A DNA stretch of 52,707 nt from Candidatus Staskawiczbacteria bacterium (GCA_903885445.1 CAISIO010000044.1:1-52707), one strand, 5' to 3'; shown: positions 35,355 to 44,804, counted from the first letter of the stretch. Notes: generated from the letters alone by a model not told the origin. A program made the numbers and translations.

Positions 35355-36580
35355 TGAGTAAGATTAAGGAAATAATTGCCAGGGAAATTAAGGATTCACG
35401 GGGAAACCCGGCTGTTGAAGTTGAGTTGGAGACGGAAAAGGGGAGTTTTGTTGCTGGAGTGCCGTCGGGAGCTTCTACCGGGGAAAACGAGGCGTTGGAA
35501 TTGAGAGATGCTGATGGGAAAGGAGTTTCTGAGGCGATTAAAAATGTAAATGAAATTATTGCACCAAAACTGAAAGGCAAAGACGTATTAAATCAAAAGG
35601 AGATAGACGTCTTTTTGGTTAAATTAGATGGGACTGAAAACAAATCTAAGCTTGGAGCGAATGCTGTTTTGGGAGTTTCAATGGCTGTTTGCCGAGCAGG
35701 AGCTGGCGCAAAAAAAGTTTCTTTATATAAACATATACAAGAATTAGCCGAGACAAAGTCACTCGCTGTTCCGCTGGCGATGTTTAATATTTTAGAGGGC
35801 GGAGCGCATGTTCATTTAGAAAAACATTTGGATATCCAGGAATTTATAATTATTCCGGAAAAGAAAACTTTTGCAGAAAATTTAGTTTTATGCAATAAGG
35901 TCTTTCAAAATTTAAAGAAACTTATTGAAGATAATTACGGTCCAACGGAAATGGGAGACGAGGGCGGATTTGCTCCGCAAATTTCTAAAACAGAGCAGGC
36001 TTTATATTTGTTAAAAAATGCTATTGGAACAGACGAAATTAAAATTGCCCTGGATGTTGCCGCTTCGCAGTTTTTTGAGAATGGAAAATATAATTTAGAA
36101 GACAGAGAACTGACAAGGACGGAACTTTTGGAGTTTTTTGCAGGATTGGCCGCCAGTTTTCCTATAATATCGATTGAAGACCCATGCGATGAGACTGACT
36201 GGCAAGGGTTTGAATCTTTTACACAAAAATTGGGAAGTAAAATTATTATTGTTGGAGACGATTTAACAACGACAAATATTAAAAGAATAAAAGAGGCCCA
36301 CAGCAAGAAAGCCTGCAACGGGGTTATTTTGAAATTAAACCAGATTGGGACGGTTGCAGAAACGATTGAGGCGTCTAATTTGGCAAAGTCCTTCGGCTGG
36401 AAGACAATTGTGAGCCATAGAAGCGGAGAAACGATGGATGATTTTATCGCGGATTTGGCAGTTGGTTTGGGAGCAGATTTTTTAAAAGCCGGCTCCCCCG
36501 CAAAACCGGAAAGAATGGCTAAATATCAGAGATTATTACAAATTGAGCAAGAATTAATCAAACAAAATAAGAATGGCTAA
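35354..36580 (+). CDS. eno: enolase
   Basis: SRGNPAVEVEL, GDDLTTTN and SHRSGET. Confidence 0.95.
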   Translation: MSKIKEIIAREIKDSRGNPAVEVELETEKGSFVAGVPSGASTGENEALELRDADGKGVSEAIKNVNEIIAPKLKGKDVLNQKEIDVFLVKLDGTENKSKLGANAVLGVSMAVCRAGAGAKKVSLYKHIQELAETKSLAVPLAMFNILEGGAHVHLEKHLDIQEFIIIPEKKTFAENLVLCNKVFQNLKKLIEDNYGPTEMGDEGGFAPQISKTEQALYLLKNAIGTDEIKIALDVAASQFFENGKYNLEDRELTRTELLEFFAGLAASFPIISIEDPCDETDWQGFESFTQKLGSKIIIVGDDLTTTNIKRIKEAHSKKACNGVILKLNQIGTVAETIEASNLAKSFGWKTIVSHRSGETMDDFIADLAVGLGADFLKAGSPAKPERMAKYQRLLQIEQELIKQNKNG

Positions 36581-37241
36581 ACTTTTTTTATTAAGGCATT
36601 TAAAATCGCAATGGAACTTAGACGACCGCTTTGCCGGCTGGACTGACGGGCCGCTTGCAAAGGACGCAAGTTTGGGAGCGAAGGAATTGGCAGGAAGTTT
36701 TTCAGAGATTGATTTCGACAAAATTTATTGTTCGGCGCTTTTTAGAAACATGGACACGGTCGCCAAGATTTTCGAATATATTCCTGAAAAATATCCATTA
36801 TTTTTTCATTTAGACGGAGGCAAGATGCAGAAATGGGAAAATTACGAAAATCCTAGCGGGAATGAGGTCCACGTTTATGTCACCGAAAAATTAAATGAAA
36901 GATACTACGGTTCTTTGCAGGGAATGAACAAAGAAGAAGTGGTTAAGAAATACGGCGAGGAGCAGGCGAGATTGTGGAGAAGGGGCTTTAATAACGATCC
37001 GCCGGGAGGAGGCGAAGGGTTAGACGAAGTTGTTAAAAGGACTGTTCCTTTCTATAAAAAGTATATAGAGAAAGACCTGGAAGATGGAAAGAATGTTTTG
37101 GTGGTTGCCAGCCATAACAGCTTGAGAGCAGTTGTTAAGTATGTCGAAAATATATCAGACGAGAATATAATTAATTTAGAGTTACCGTTTGGCGCGCTGA
37201 TGAAATATCAATTTGACAACGGCCGATATAATAAAATATAA
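36573..37241 (+). CDS. gpmA: histidine-phosphatase family phosphoglycerate mutase
   Basis: LLRHLKSQWN (variant of RHGxSxWN), ERYYGSLQG and ASHNSLRA. Confidence 0.8.
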   Translation: MAKLFLLRHLKSQWNLDDRFAGWTDGPLAKDASLGAKELAGSFSEIDFDKIYCSALFRNMDTVAKIFEYIPEKYPLFFHLDGGKMQKWENYENPSGNEVHVYVTEKLNERYYGSLQGMNKEEVVKKYGEEQARLWRRGFNNDPPGGGEGLDEVVKRTVPFYKKYIEKDLEDGKNVLVVASHNSLRAVVKYVENISDENIINLELPFGALMKYQFDNGRYNKI

Positions 37242-37282
37242 TAAGCAATTAAATAAAATTATTAAAAATAAAAAATAAAAGC

Positions 37283-38365
37283 ATGCCCAAGTTCAACTTC
37301 GGTTTTTTAAAGAATATAAATAAAAATACCATTCTTGCCGCGATAGCGATTATAGCAATTATTATCACCGGCGGTTTGATTTTTGCCAGTAAAAACCATG
37401 GCTTTTCTTTGCCGACAATTTTTGGCAAGTCCGACGCGGAAATCGGAAAAGCGACTGTTGATTATATCAACAACAACAAGCTTTCGCAGTCTACAGCCTC
37501 TTTAGTGAGCGTGTCGGAAGAGTCGGGGCTGGTTAAAATAAAAATAAAAATAGGTACTAGCCAATTTGACTCGTATGTTACAAAAGACGGGAAATTTTTG
37601 TTCCCGGATGCGACCCAAGCCATCAATATGGCTCCCGTAAAAGGCGGTAAAACAGTCGGCTCGAGCACGGGAAAAACCGCAGAAGAGATAATTGCTTCAA
37701 TTAAGAAAACAGGCACGCCGTCATTGGAAGCATTTATTGTAGCGCGATGCCCATTTGGTTTGCAGATGCAAAGAATGGTTGCCGATGCCGCAAAAAATAT
37801 ACCAAGCCTGGCTAATTATATAAAGATTAGATATATCGGTTCTGTCTCAGGAAATTCCTTGGTTTCAATGCACGGAGACGCAGAGGCAAAGGAAAACCTA
37901 AGGCAAATTTGCATTCGAGAAGAACAGCCCGCAAAATTTTTGGATTATTTATCCTGCCAGATGAAAGCAGCCGGAACGGAAGTAAGTTGTGAAAAATCCA
38001 CGGGCGTAGATTCTGCCAAGCTAAGCGCCTGTATCTCGGCTCCGAGCAGAGGAATAGCTTACGCGCAAAAAGATTTCGACCTGGCAAATAAATACGGAGC
38101 AGAGGGATCGCCAACATTGATTCTGAATGGAGCCGAGGCTCCAGAGTTTACGCCCGACGGCAAGGCGGTATTCGGGAGCAGCAGGTCCTCAGACGAATTG
38201 AAAACAATTGTTTGTGATGCGTCAACAACCGCGCCGGGTTTTTGCTCAACAAAACTAAACACAGCAGAGGCAGCAACTTCTTTTTCAGCAACATACGGCT
38301 CGTCGTCGGCTGCCGCTGCCGGAAATTCCGGAGCCACCGGAGCTAATTGCGCGCCCGCACAATAA
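37283..38365 (+). CDS. membrane-anchored DsbA/thioredoxin-fold-like protein with monothiol CPFG motif
   Basis: N-terminal TM helix. ARCPFG sits where CxxC is expected. GSPTLILNG resembles the cis-Pro loop of DsbA-family proteins. Ala/Ser-rich tail. Confidence 0.45.
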   Translation: MPKFNFGFLKNINKNTILAAIAIIAIIITGGLIFASKNHGFSLPTIFGKSDAEIGKATVDYINNNKLSQSTASLVSVSEESGLVKIKIKIGTSQFDSYVTKDGKFLFPDATQAINMAPVKGGKTVGSSTGKTAEEIIASIKKTGTPSLEAFIVARCPFGLQMQRMVADAAKNIPSLANYIKIRYIGSVSGNSLVSMHGDAEAKENLRQICIREEQPAKFLDYLSCQMKAAGTEVSCEKSTGVDSAKLSACISAPSRGIAYAQKDFDLANKYGAEGSPTLILNGAEAPEFTPDGKAVFGSSRSSDELKTIVCDASTTAPGFCSTKLNTAEAATSFSATYGSSSAAAAGNSGATGANCAPAQ

Positions 38366-38386
38366 TATAGCACTACGCTAAAAACT

Positions 38387-38632
38387 ATGGTAAAAATATA
38401 TTCCACGCCAACTTGCGTGTATTGCAAAACATTAAAGGGCTATTTTAAGAAGAATGCTATAGAATTTGAGGATATTGATATATCCAAAGATGAACAACAA
38501 TTGCAGAAAATGATAAAAGACTCCGGGCAAATGGGGGTGCCAGTTGTTGATATAGACGGAGAAGTTATAGTTGGCTTTGATAAAGTAAAAATTGATACAC
38601 TACTAAAAATAAATCAAATAAAGCATGATTAA
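38387..38632 (+). CDS. glutaredoxin-like protein (NrdH/YruB type)
   Basis: KIYSTPTCVYCKTLKGYF...GVPVVDIDGEVIVGFD. Confidence 0.85.
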   Translation: MVKIYSTPTCVYCKTLKGYFKKNAIEFEDIDISKDEQQLQKMIKDSGQMGVPVVDIDGEVIVGFDKVKIDTLLKINQIKHD

Positions 38633-39626
38633 AATTGCTATAAACGGCTTTGGGCGAATTGGGCGGCAAGTTTTCAAACATATTGAGGGGTCGCACCCGG
38701 ATTTGGAGGTTGTTGCGATAAACGACTTAACAGACACAAAAACCCTGGCTCATCTTTTAAAACACGATTCTACTTACGGAAACTACGGCAAAGAAATAAT
38801 CGCCAAAGAAAAATCAATTATTGTTGCTGGAAAAGAAGTGCCGGTTTTGGCCGAGAAAGATCCGGAAAAACTACCGTGGAAAGATTTGGGCGTAGACATA
38901 GTTTTGGAATGCACCGGATTCTTTACCGATGACGCCGGCGCAAGAAAACATATTAAAGCTGGAGCAAAAAAAGTTATAGTTTCAGCTCCCTGCAAGGATT
39001 TGCCGGGATTTGTTTTAGGTGTTAACGCTGACACGCTTGATATTGGAAAGGTTGACGTGATGGATATGGGTTCTTGTACTACAAATTGTTTAGCTCCAAT
39101 TGCAAAGGTTTTAAATGACGAATTTGGAATTGTAAAAGGTTTTATGACAACGGTTCACAGTTATACAAATGACCAGAAGGTTTTGGATTTGCCTCATAAA
39201 GACTTGAGAAGGGCAAGAGCCGCGGGATTGAACATTATCCCGACTTCAACCGGAGCCGCAAAAGCCATTGGCAAAATGATTCCTGAATTAAACGGAAAAC
39301 TGGACGGAATTTCTATTAGGGTTCCAACGCCGACTGTCTCTGTTTTGGATTTAATTGTTGAAATTAAAAGAGAAACAACAAAAGAAGAAGTGAACGCGGC
39401 ATTCAAAAAGGCTGCTGCCGAAAAAAACTTCAAAAGAATTTTGAGAGTGGAGGACGAACCGTTGGTTTCAATGGATTTTAAAGGCGATACTTATTCCGCC
39501 ATAATTGATTCGGCAGAAACGATGGTAAATGGAAATATGGTAAAAGTTTTGGGCTGGTACGACAACGAATGGGGATATTCTTGCAGGCTCGCGGAATTCG
39601 CGGAGTTTGTGGGGAAAAAATTGTAA
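38625..39626 (+). CDS. gap: type I glyceraldehyde-3-phosphate dehydrogenase
   Basis: KIAINGFGRIGR, SCTTNCLAP and WYDNEWGYS. Confidence 0.95.
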   Translation: MIKIAINGFGRIGRQVFKHIEGSHPDLEVVAINDLTDTKTLAHLLKHDSTYGNYGKEIIAKEKSIIVAGKEVPVLAEKDPEKLPWKDLGVDIVLECTGFFTDDAGARKHIKAGAKKVIVSAPCKDLPGFVLGVNADTLDIGKVDVMDMGSCTTNCLAPIAKVLNDEFGIVKGFMTTVHSYTNDQKVLDLPHKDLRRARAAGLNIIPTSTGAAKAIGKMIPELNGKLDGISIRVPTPTVSVLDLIVEIKRETTKEEVNAAFKKAAAEKNFKRILRVEDEPLVSMDFKGDTYSAIIDSAETMVNGNMVKVLGWYDNEWGYSCRLAEFAEFVGKKL

Positions 39627-39636
39627 GATAAATTAA

Positions 39637-39663
39637 GAAAAACCTCGACGTACGAGGTTTTTT
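39637..39663 (+). terminator. intrinsic terminator after gap
   Basis: AACCTCG-acgta-CGAGGTT followed by TTTT. Confidence 0.7.
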
Positions 39664-39678
39664 GTTGGCGTTGAAACA

Positions 39679-39707
39679 TTGACGCACATATTTTGATATG
39701 TTACTAT
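39679..39707 (+). promoter_or_regulatory. sigma70-like promoter of GC-rich cassette C
   Basis: TTGACG 39679-39684, 17-nt spacer, TACTAT 39702-39707. Confidence 0.5.
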
Positions 39708-39770
39708 ATAGCCGTGTTCAAGGCGATGTTTTTTTGTAAGGTAGTCAGCCCTTTTCGAGGAGACCTGATA

Positions 39771-40046
39771 ATGACGGATATGATGTCGGAAAAAGAGATT
39801 GAGAAATTGGTCATCGAAATCGTCGCTGACCAACTCAACATCGACAAGGACGAGATCAGCCGAGCGTCGCGCTTTGTCGATGACCTGAACATCGATCAAC
39901 TGGACGAGGTGGAGCTGGTGATGGAATTCGAGGACGAATTCGAACTTTCCATCCACAGCGATGAGAAGATACGGGAACTAGGAACAGTTGGGGCGGCCAT
40001 AGACTTCGTCAGAGACGAACTCAAAACTCAGGGCCGGCTGACCTAA
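39771..40046 (+). CDS. acyl-carrier-protein-fold protein lacking the phosphopantetheine-attachment serine (DSL -> DQL)
   Basis: GAGGAG 39757-39762 lies 8 nt before the ATG. FVDDLNIDQLDEVELVMEFEDEFELSIHSDEKIRELGTVGAAIDFV aligns to the ACP core L.ADSLD.VELVM..EEEF...I.D.........V.DAV.YI. The Gln codon CAA is at 39897-39899. 91 aa, very acidic. Confidence 0.7.
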   Translation: MTDMMSEKEIEKLVIEIVADQLNIDKDEISRASRFVDDLNIDQLDEVELVMEFEDEFELSIHSDEKIRELGTVGAAIDFVRDELKTQGRLT

Positions 40047-40069
40047 TAGAGAGCGCGCATTGCGTTGAT

Positions 40070-40104
40070 GCCTTGTTGCAATTTTTGTGGCGAGGCTTTT
40101 TTTT
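40070..40104 (+). terminator. intrinsic terminator of cassette C
   Basis: GCCTTG...CGAGGC hairpin followed by TTTTTTTT. An extended -10 (TGaTATAAT, about 40129-40137) for pduL follows. Confidence 0.55.
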
Positions 40105-40145
40105 GCACTTTTTTGTTTTTTTGTTAGGTGATATAATAATTAAAT

Positions 40146-40730
40146 ATGTTTGGAATAAAAAAGATTAAAGTGCCGATTGAAGTTTCGGCCAGGCATTGCC
40201 ATTTATCAAAAAAAAATTTAGAAACGCTTTTTGGCGTAGGATACGAACTGACAAAAATGAAACAGCTATCACAGCCGTCTGATTTTGCTTGCGAAGAAAC
40301 CGTTGATATACAAGTGGGTTCTAAAAAAATTGAACAAGTTAGGATTGTCGGGCCGTTAAGGGAGCAGACGCAGGTTGAAATATCTTTGTCAGATGCAGTT
40401 GGTTCGGGAGCCGTGCCTCCGATACAATTGTCGGGCGAACTGAATGGAACGGGTTCAGTTGTGATTACAGGCCCTCAAGGCACCGTAGAACTGTCCGAGG
40501 GGTTGATTGTGGCTTTACGGCATATCCATTGTGCGACAAGCGAGGCAGGTAAGCTGGGTTTAAAAAACGGCGCTAAGGTCTCTGTCAAGATTGGCGGTGA
40601 AAGGCCAGTTGTTTTTGAAGGCATTATAGTCAGAGTAAAAGACGATTATGATTTTTCTATGCACATAGACACAGACGAAGGAAACGCCGCCGGAATTAAT
40701 AAAATAGGAGAAGGTTTTATTGTAAAATGA
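40146..40730 (+). CDS. pduL: phosphate acyltransferase PduL
   Basis: VEVSARHCHLS and ALRHIHC (duplicated PduL motif); 194 aa. Confidence 0.85.
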   Translation: MFGIKKIKVPIEVSARHCHLSKKNLETLFGVGYELTKMKQLSQPSDFACEETVDIQVGSKKIEQVRIVGPLREQTQVEISLSDAVGSGAVPPIQLSGELNGTGSVVITGPQGTVELSEGLIVALRHIHCATSEAGKLGLKNGAKVSVKIGGERPVVFEGIIVRVKDDYDFSMHIDTDEGNAAGINKIGEGFIVK

Positions 40731-41767
40731 TATTAGTTTTAAACTGCGGAAGCCAATCTATAAAGTGGAAACTATTTAACGAAAAATTGGAAGTTGCCGA
40801 GGAAGGCAAGCGAGAGGTTTTGAATACGGTTGATTTTGAAAAAATATTACAAGAAGAACTCAACAAAATAGATAGGACAAAATTAGATTTGATAGGACAT
40901 CGGGTTGTCCACGGGAAAGATATTTTTATAGAACCGACAAAAATTACCGAGGAAAATATCGGGAAGTTGGAAGCGTTAAATCATTTGGCGCCGCTGCATA
41001 ATCCTTTTAATATTATGGGAATCAAGGCTTGTCAGAATATTTTTAAAGGAATTCAACAGATAGCGGTTTTTGACACAGAGTTTTTTAAAGACTTGCCGGA
41101 AATTGCTTGTACTTACGCTTTGCCGGAGGAAATAGCTAAAGAGTTTGGATTCAGACGTTATGGTTTTCACGGAATTTCTCACGAATATGTTGCCAAAAAA
41201 GCAGCTGAAAAAATTAAGAAGCCTTTTGGAAAAATTAATATTATAACCTGTCATTTGGGTGGCGGAGCTAGTATTACGGCCATAAAAAGTGGAATAGCAA
41301 TTGATACGTCTATGGGTTTTACGCCGATGGAGGGGTTGGTGATGATGACAAGAGCTGGCGACATAGATTCGGGAATTACCTTAGAGCTTGTAGAAAAATT
41401 TGGTTTAGATAGAACAAAAGATATTTTAAATAAAGAATCCGGTGTTAAGGGAATCTGCGGAGAAGGAGAAATGTTGAAAGTTCTTGAAATGGTTGGGGCG
41501 CCCTATGCGCCGGACGACAAAAAAGCAAGGCTGGCACTGGATGTTTTTGTTTATTCGATTAAAAAATATATCGGGGCCTATTTTGCGATTCTGGGAGGGT
41601 GCGATGTTTTGGTCTTCACCGGATCTATCGGCTCGGGCCTGAAAATTACAAGAGATTTAGTTTGCAAAGATTTAAAAATTCTAAAGAAAACTAAAATATT
41701 CGCGATAGAAACAGACGAAGAATTTGCCATTGCCAGTAAAATCTTGAAGACAAATTTTCGTAAATAA
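40727..41767 (+). CDS. ackA: acetate kinase (short, 346 aa)
   Basis: ILVLNCGSQSIKWKLF, IGHRVVHG, LAPLHNP, AVFDTEFF, YGFHGISHEY and CHLGGGASI. Confidence 0.9.
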   Translation: MILVLNCGSQSIKWKLFNEKLEVAEEGKREVLNTVDFEKILQEELNKIDRTKLDLIGHRVVHGKDIFIEPTKITEENIGKLEALNHLAPLHNPFNIMGIKACQNIFKGIQQIAVFDTEFFKDLPEIACTYALPEEIAKEFGFRRYGFHGISHEYVAKKAAEKIKKPFGKINIITCHLGGGASITAIKSGIAIDTSMGFTPMEGLVMMTRAGDIDSGITLELVEKFGLDRTKDILNKESGVKGICGEGEMLKVLEMVGAPYAPDDKKARLALDVFVYSIKKYIGAYFAILGGCDVLVFTGSIGSGLKITRDLVCKDLKILKKTKIFAIETDEEFAIASKILKTNFRK

Positions 41768-41768
41768 A

Positions 41769-42398
41769 ATGAAGCTGCCAAAAGAAACATTTGTATTTAT
41801 TACCGGTATAATTTGCTCGGGAAAAACAACAGTCATAAATGAACTGCTGCCCAAATTAGATAAAGTTTTTTTGATTGACAAAGATGATATTTCAGACAGC
41901 TTCATGAGGACTCCCGACTTGGAAAGTACAAAGGGGGGTTACGATATTTCCTGGTTTAGTCTGACCGGGCCGAAAATCTCCATAGAAAGCGCGCACTACA
42001 AAGAGTTTATACAAAAGCAGACCTATTACGCCATGATGGAAGTGGCAAAATCTAATCTTAGGTTTGGATATAGCTCCATATTGCAGGGAAACTACACGGG
42101 CCAAATAAAAGATGGTTATTTCCAAAAAGTTGTTCCACATTTCTTAAAAGAAAAAAATATAAGTCCCAGGATAAAAGTTATTTTTTGTTATGCTGACGCT
42201 GGTTTGATTAAAGCGCGAATGCAAGAAAGAGGGGAGCACAGGGATTTGGGCAGATTGGAGGAAAATGCGTTTAAAGAACTGATAAGAAACCAAGAGCTTG
42301 CATATAAAGAAATAAATAAAATAGACCACGTAAAATTAAACGGCGCCAGCCTTGTTTCTGAAAATGTTGAGGCGGCAATTTCATATTTATTAAACTAA
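41769..42398 (+). CDS. P-loop NTPase/kinase-like protein of unknown specificity
   Basis: Walker A ITGIICSGKTT and Walker-B-like VFLIDKDD. 209 aa, packed tightly between ackA and ppsA. Confidence 0.6.
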   Translation: MKLPKETFVFITGIICSGKTTVINELLPKLDKVFLIDKDDISDSFMRTPDLESTKGGYDISWFSLTGPKISIESAHYKEFIQKQTYYAMMEVAKSNLRFGYSSILQGNYTGQIKDGYFQKVVPHFLKEKNISPRIKVIFCYADAGLIKARMQERGEHRDLGRLEENAFKELIRNQELAYKEINKIDHVKLNGASLVSENVEAAISYLLN

Positions 42399-42407
42399 TT
42401 TTAGATT

Positions 42408-44792
42408 ATGGCCGAAAAATCTCAAAAAAATATTTTATGGTATAACGAAGTCGGAATAGCAGATGTTCCGTTGGTTGGAGGAAAAAACGGATCACTTGGA
42501 GAAATGTATGTAAACCTTACCTCTAAAGGAGTCAGTGTGCCTTACGGTTTTGCTCTGACCGCCAGTTTCTACTGGAATTTTATAAATGCCAACGGATTGG
42601 ATAAAATTTTTGCGGACATTTTTAAAGATTTGGATGCGAAAAATTTAAAAAGTTTGCAGGATGCTGGGAAAAAAATAAGAGCCGCGATAGAGGCAGCGAG
42701 TTTTCCCGAAGAGCTAAAAAAAGAGTTAATTTCCGCCTACTCTGAACTGTCAAAAAAATACAACGAAGAAAACACCGATGTGGCTGTAAGGACCTCGGGC
42801 GTTGCCGAGGACGCTCCAAACGCTTCTTTTGCCGGCCAGTTCGAAACATATTTGAATATAAAAGGCGAGGAAAGCCTTTTTGGGGCTGTAAAAAAATGTT
42901 TTATATCTTTTTTCACGGACAGAGCGATTTTTTATAGAGAAGAAATGAAACTTGACCAGTTAAAGACCGGGTTATCTGTAGGCGTGCAGAAAATGGTGCG
43001 GTCTGATTTGGGGGCTTCGGGTATTATGTTTTCTTGCGATACAGAATCAGGTTTTGGCGACGTCGTTTTGATAAACGCGAGTTACGGCCTGGGAGAAAAT
43101 GTTGTACAGGGACAGGTTGAGCCGGACCAATATTATGTTTTTGAAACTACATTAAAGAAAGGATTTAAGCCAATTATTGAGAAGAAAGTCGGTAAGAAAG
43201 AGATAAAGATGATTTACACAGAAAACCCGAAGACGCCGACAAAAAATATTGCTACAACAAAAAAAGAGAGGGAAAGTTTTGTTTTGAGCAATGACGAAAT
43301 TTTATCTTTGGCAAAATGGTCTGTTCTTGTTGAAGACCATTATAAAAAGTCCATGGATATGGAGTGGGCGAAAGACGGCAGGGATGGAAAATTATATATT
43401 GTGCAGGCCAGGCCGGAAACAGTCCAAAGCAAGAAAAATTTAAAGGTTTTAGAGGATTATGTTTTGGATAAAACAAAAGTTGGGAAAGTTTTAGCCAATG
43501 GAATGAGTGTGGGAAGCAAAATCGGTTCGGGAAAGGCAAACAAAATAATGAGCACGAAGGATATAGGACAATTTAAAAAAGGAGAAGTTTTGGTTACAAA
43601 AGCAACCGACCCTGATTGGGTGCCGGCAATGAAATTGGCTTCGGCAATTGTTACAGATTCTGGCGGAAGGACTTGCCACGCGGCAATTGTGGGCAGGGAG
43701 CTTGGAGTGCCGGTAATTGTGGGCTCGGAAACCGGGACAAAGGTTATAAAATCCGGCCAGGAAATTACAATTGACTGCTCACAAGGAGAGGAAGGAAAAG
43801 TTTATGAAGGAATTATTCCCTTTACAATCAAAAAAACGGATATCTCCAATATCGCCAAAACAAAAACAAAAATTTTAATGAATGTCGGCGAGCCGTCAAA
43901 TGCTTTTAATTTGAGTTTTATCCCAAATGACGGAGTTGGTTTGGCCAGGGAAGAATTTATTATTATAAATTCTATAAAAATTCATCCGAACGCTTTGATA
44001 AATTATAAAACATTAAAGCCGGCGTTAAAGAAAAAAATTGATGCAGTGACATTGGGATATGATGACAAAGTGCAGTTTTATATTGATAAGTTGGCCGAAG
44101 GTATTGGGCTAATTGGAGCGGCGTTTTATCCAAAGCCCGTTATCGTAAGGTTTTCCGATTTTAAGACCAACGAATACCGTTCTTTGCTTGGTGGAGAAGC
44201 CTATGAGCCCGAGGAAGAAAACCCAATGATTGGTTTTCGAGGAGCTTCAAGATATTATGACAAAAAATTTAAAGATGCGTTTGTTTTAGAGTGCAGGGCG
44301 ATGGATAAGGTCCGCGGAGAATTTGGCTTGGATAACGTAATTCCAATGGTTCCGTTTTGTAGGACAGTTGACGAAGGTAAAAAAGTTGTGCAGATTATAA
44401 GGGAAAACGGCGTAAAAGGAAAAATTTATGTGATGTGCGAGATTCCCGCAAATGTAATTTTGGCTGAAAAGTTTTTGGAAATTTTTGATGGATTTTCTAT
44501 TGGTTCAAACGATTTAACGCAATTGACATTGGGATTAGACAGGGACAATTCGCAATTATCATCAATTGGAAATGAAAAAAACGAGGCAGTAAAAGAGCTT
44601 ATTGAAGAAGCCATAAAAGTATGCCAGAATAATAACAAATACATCGGCATCTGCGGACAAGGTCCGAGCGATTTCCCGGACTTTGCCCAATTTTTGGTTG
44701 AGCTCGGTATAGAGTCAATTTCCCTAAACCCCGATTCAGTCCTAAAAACCAAGCTCGCCATCGCCGAAACCGAGAAAAAATTAAACAGATAA
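42408..44792 (+). CDS. ppsA: phosphoenolpyruvate synthase
   Basis: LWYNEVGIADVPLVGGKNGSLGEM, the phospho-His motif GGRTCHAAIVGRELGVP and GSNDLTQLTLGLDRD. Confidence 0.93.
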   Translation: MAEKSQKNILWYNEVGIADVPLVGGKNGSLGEMYVNLTSKGVSVPYGFALTASFYWNFINANGLDKIFADIFKDLDAKNLKSLQDAGKKIRAAIEAASFPEELKKELISAYSELSKKYNEENTDVAVRTSGVAEDAPNASFAGQFETYLNIKGEESLFGAVKKCFISFFTDRAIFYREEMKLDQLKTGLSVGVQKMVRSDLGASGIMFSCDTESGFGDVVLINASYGLGENVVQGQVEPDQYYVFETTLKKGFKPIIEKKVGKKEIKMIYTENPKTPTKNIATTKKERESFVLSNDEILSLAKWSVLVEDHYKKSMDMEWAKDGRDGKLYIVQARPETVQSKKNLKVLEDYVLDKTKVGKVLANGMSVGSKIGSGKANKIMSTKDIGQFKKGEVLVTKATDPDWVPAMKLASAIVTDSGGRTCHAAIVGRELGVPVIVGSETGTKVIKSGQEITIDCSQGEEGKVYEGIIPFTIKKTDISNIAKTKTKILMNVGEPSNAFNLSFIPNDGVGLAREEFIIINSIKIHPNALINYKTLKPALKKKIDAVTLGYDDKVQFYIDKLAEGIGLIGAAFYPKPVIVRFSDFKTNEYRSLLGGEAYEPEEENPMIGFRGASRYYDKKFKDAFVLECRAMDKVRGEFGLDNVIPMVPFCRTVDEGKKVVQIIRENGVKGKIYVMCEIPANVILAEKFLEIFDGFSIGSNDLTQLTLGLDRDNSQLSSIGNEKNEAVKELIEEAIKVCQNNNKYIGICGQGPSDFPDFAQFLVELGIESISLNPDSVLKTKLAIAETEKKLNR

Positions 44793-44804
44793 TTTTTGAT
44801 AATT

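Noticed and set aside
39693-39770. ORF-track start at 39693 for the ACP-like gene (MICYYIAVFKAMFFCKVV...)
   Set aside because: This start would lie inside the predicted promoter (-10 at 39702-39707) and adds a non-ACP hydrophobic leader. The ATG at 39771 has GAGGAG 8 nt upstream and gives a canonical ACP length.
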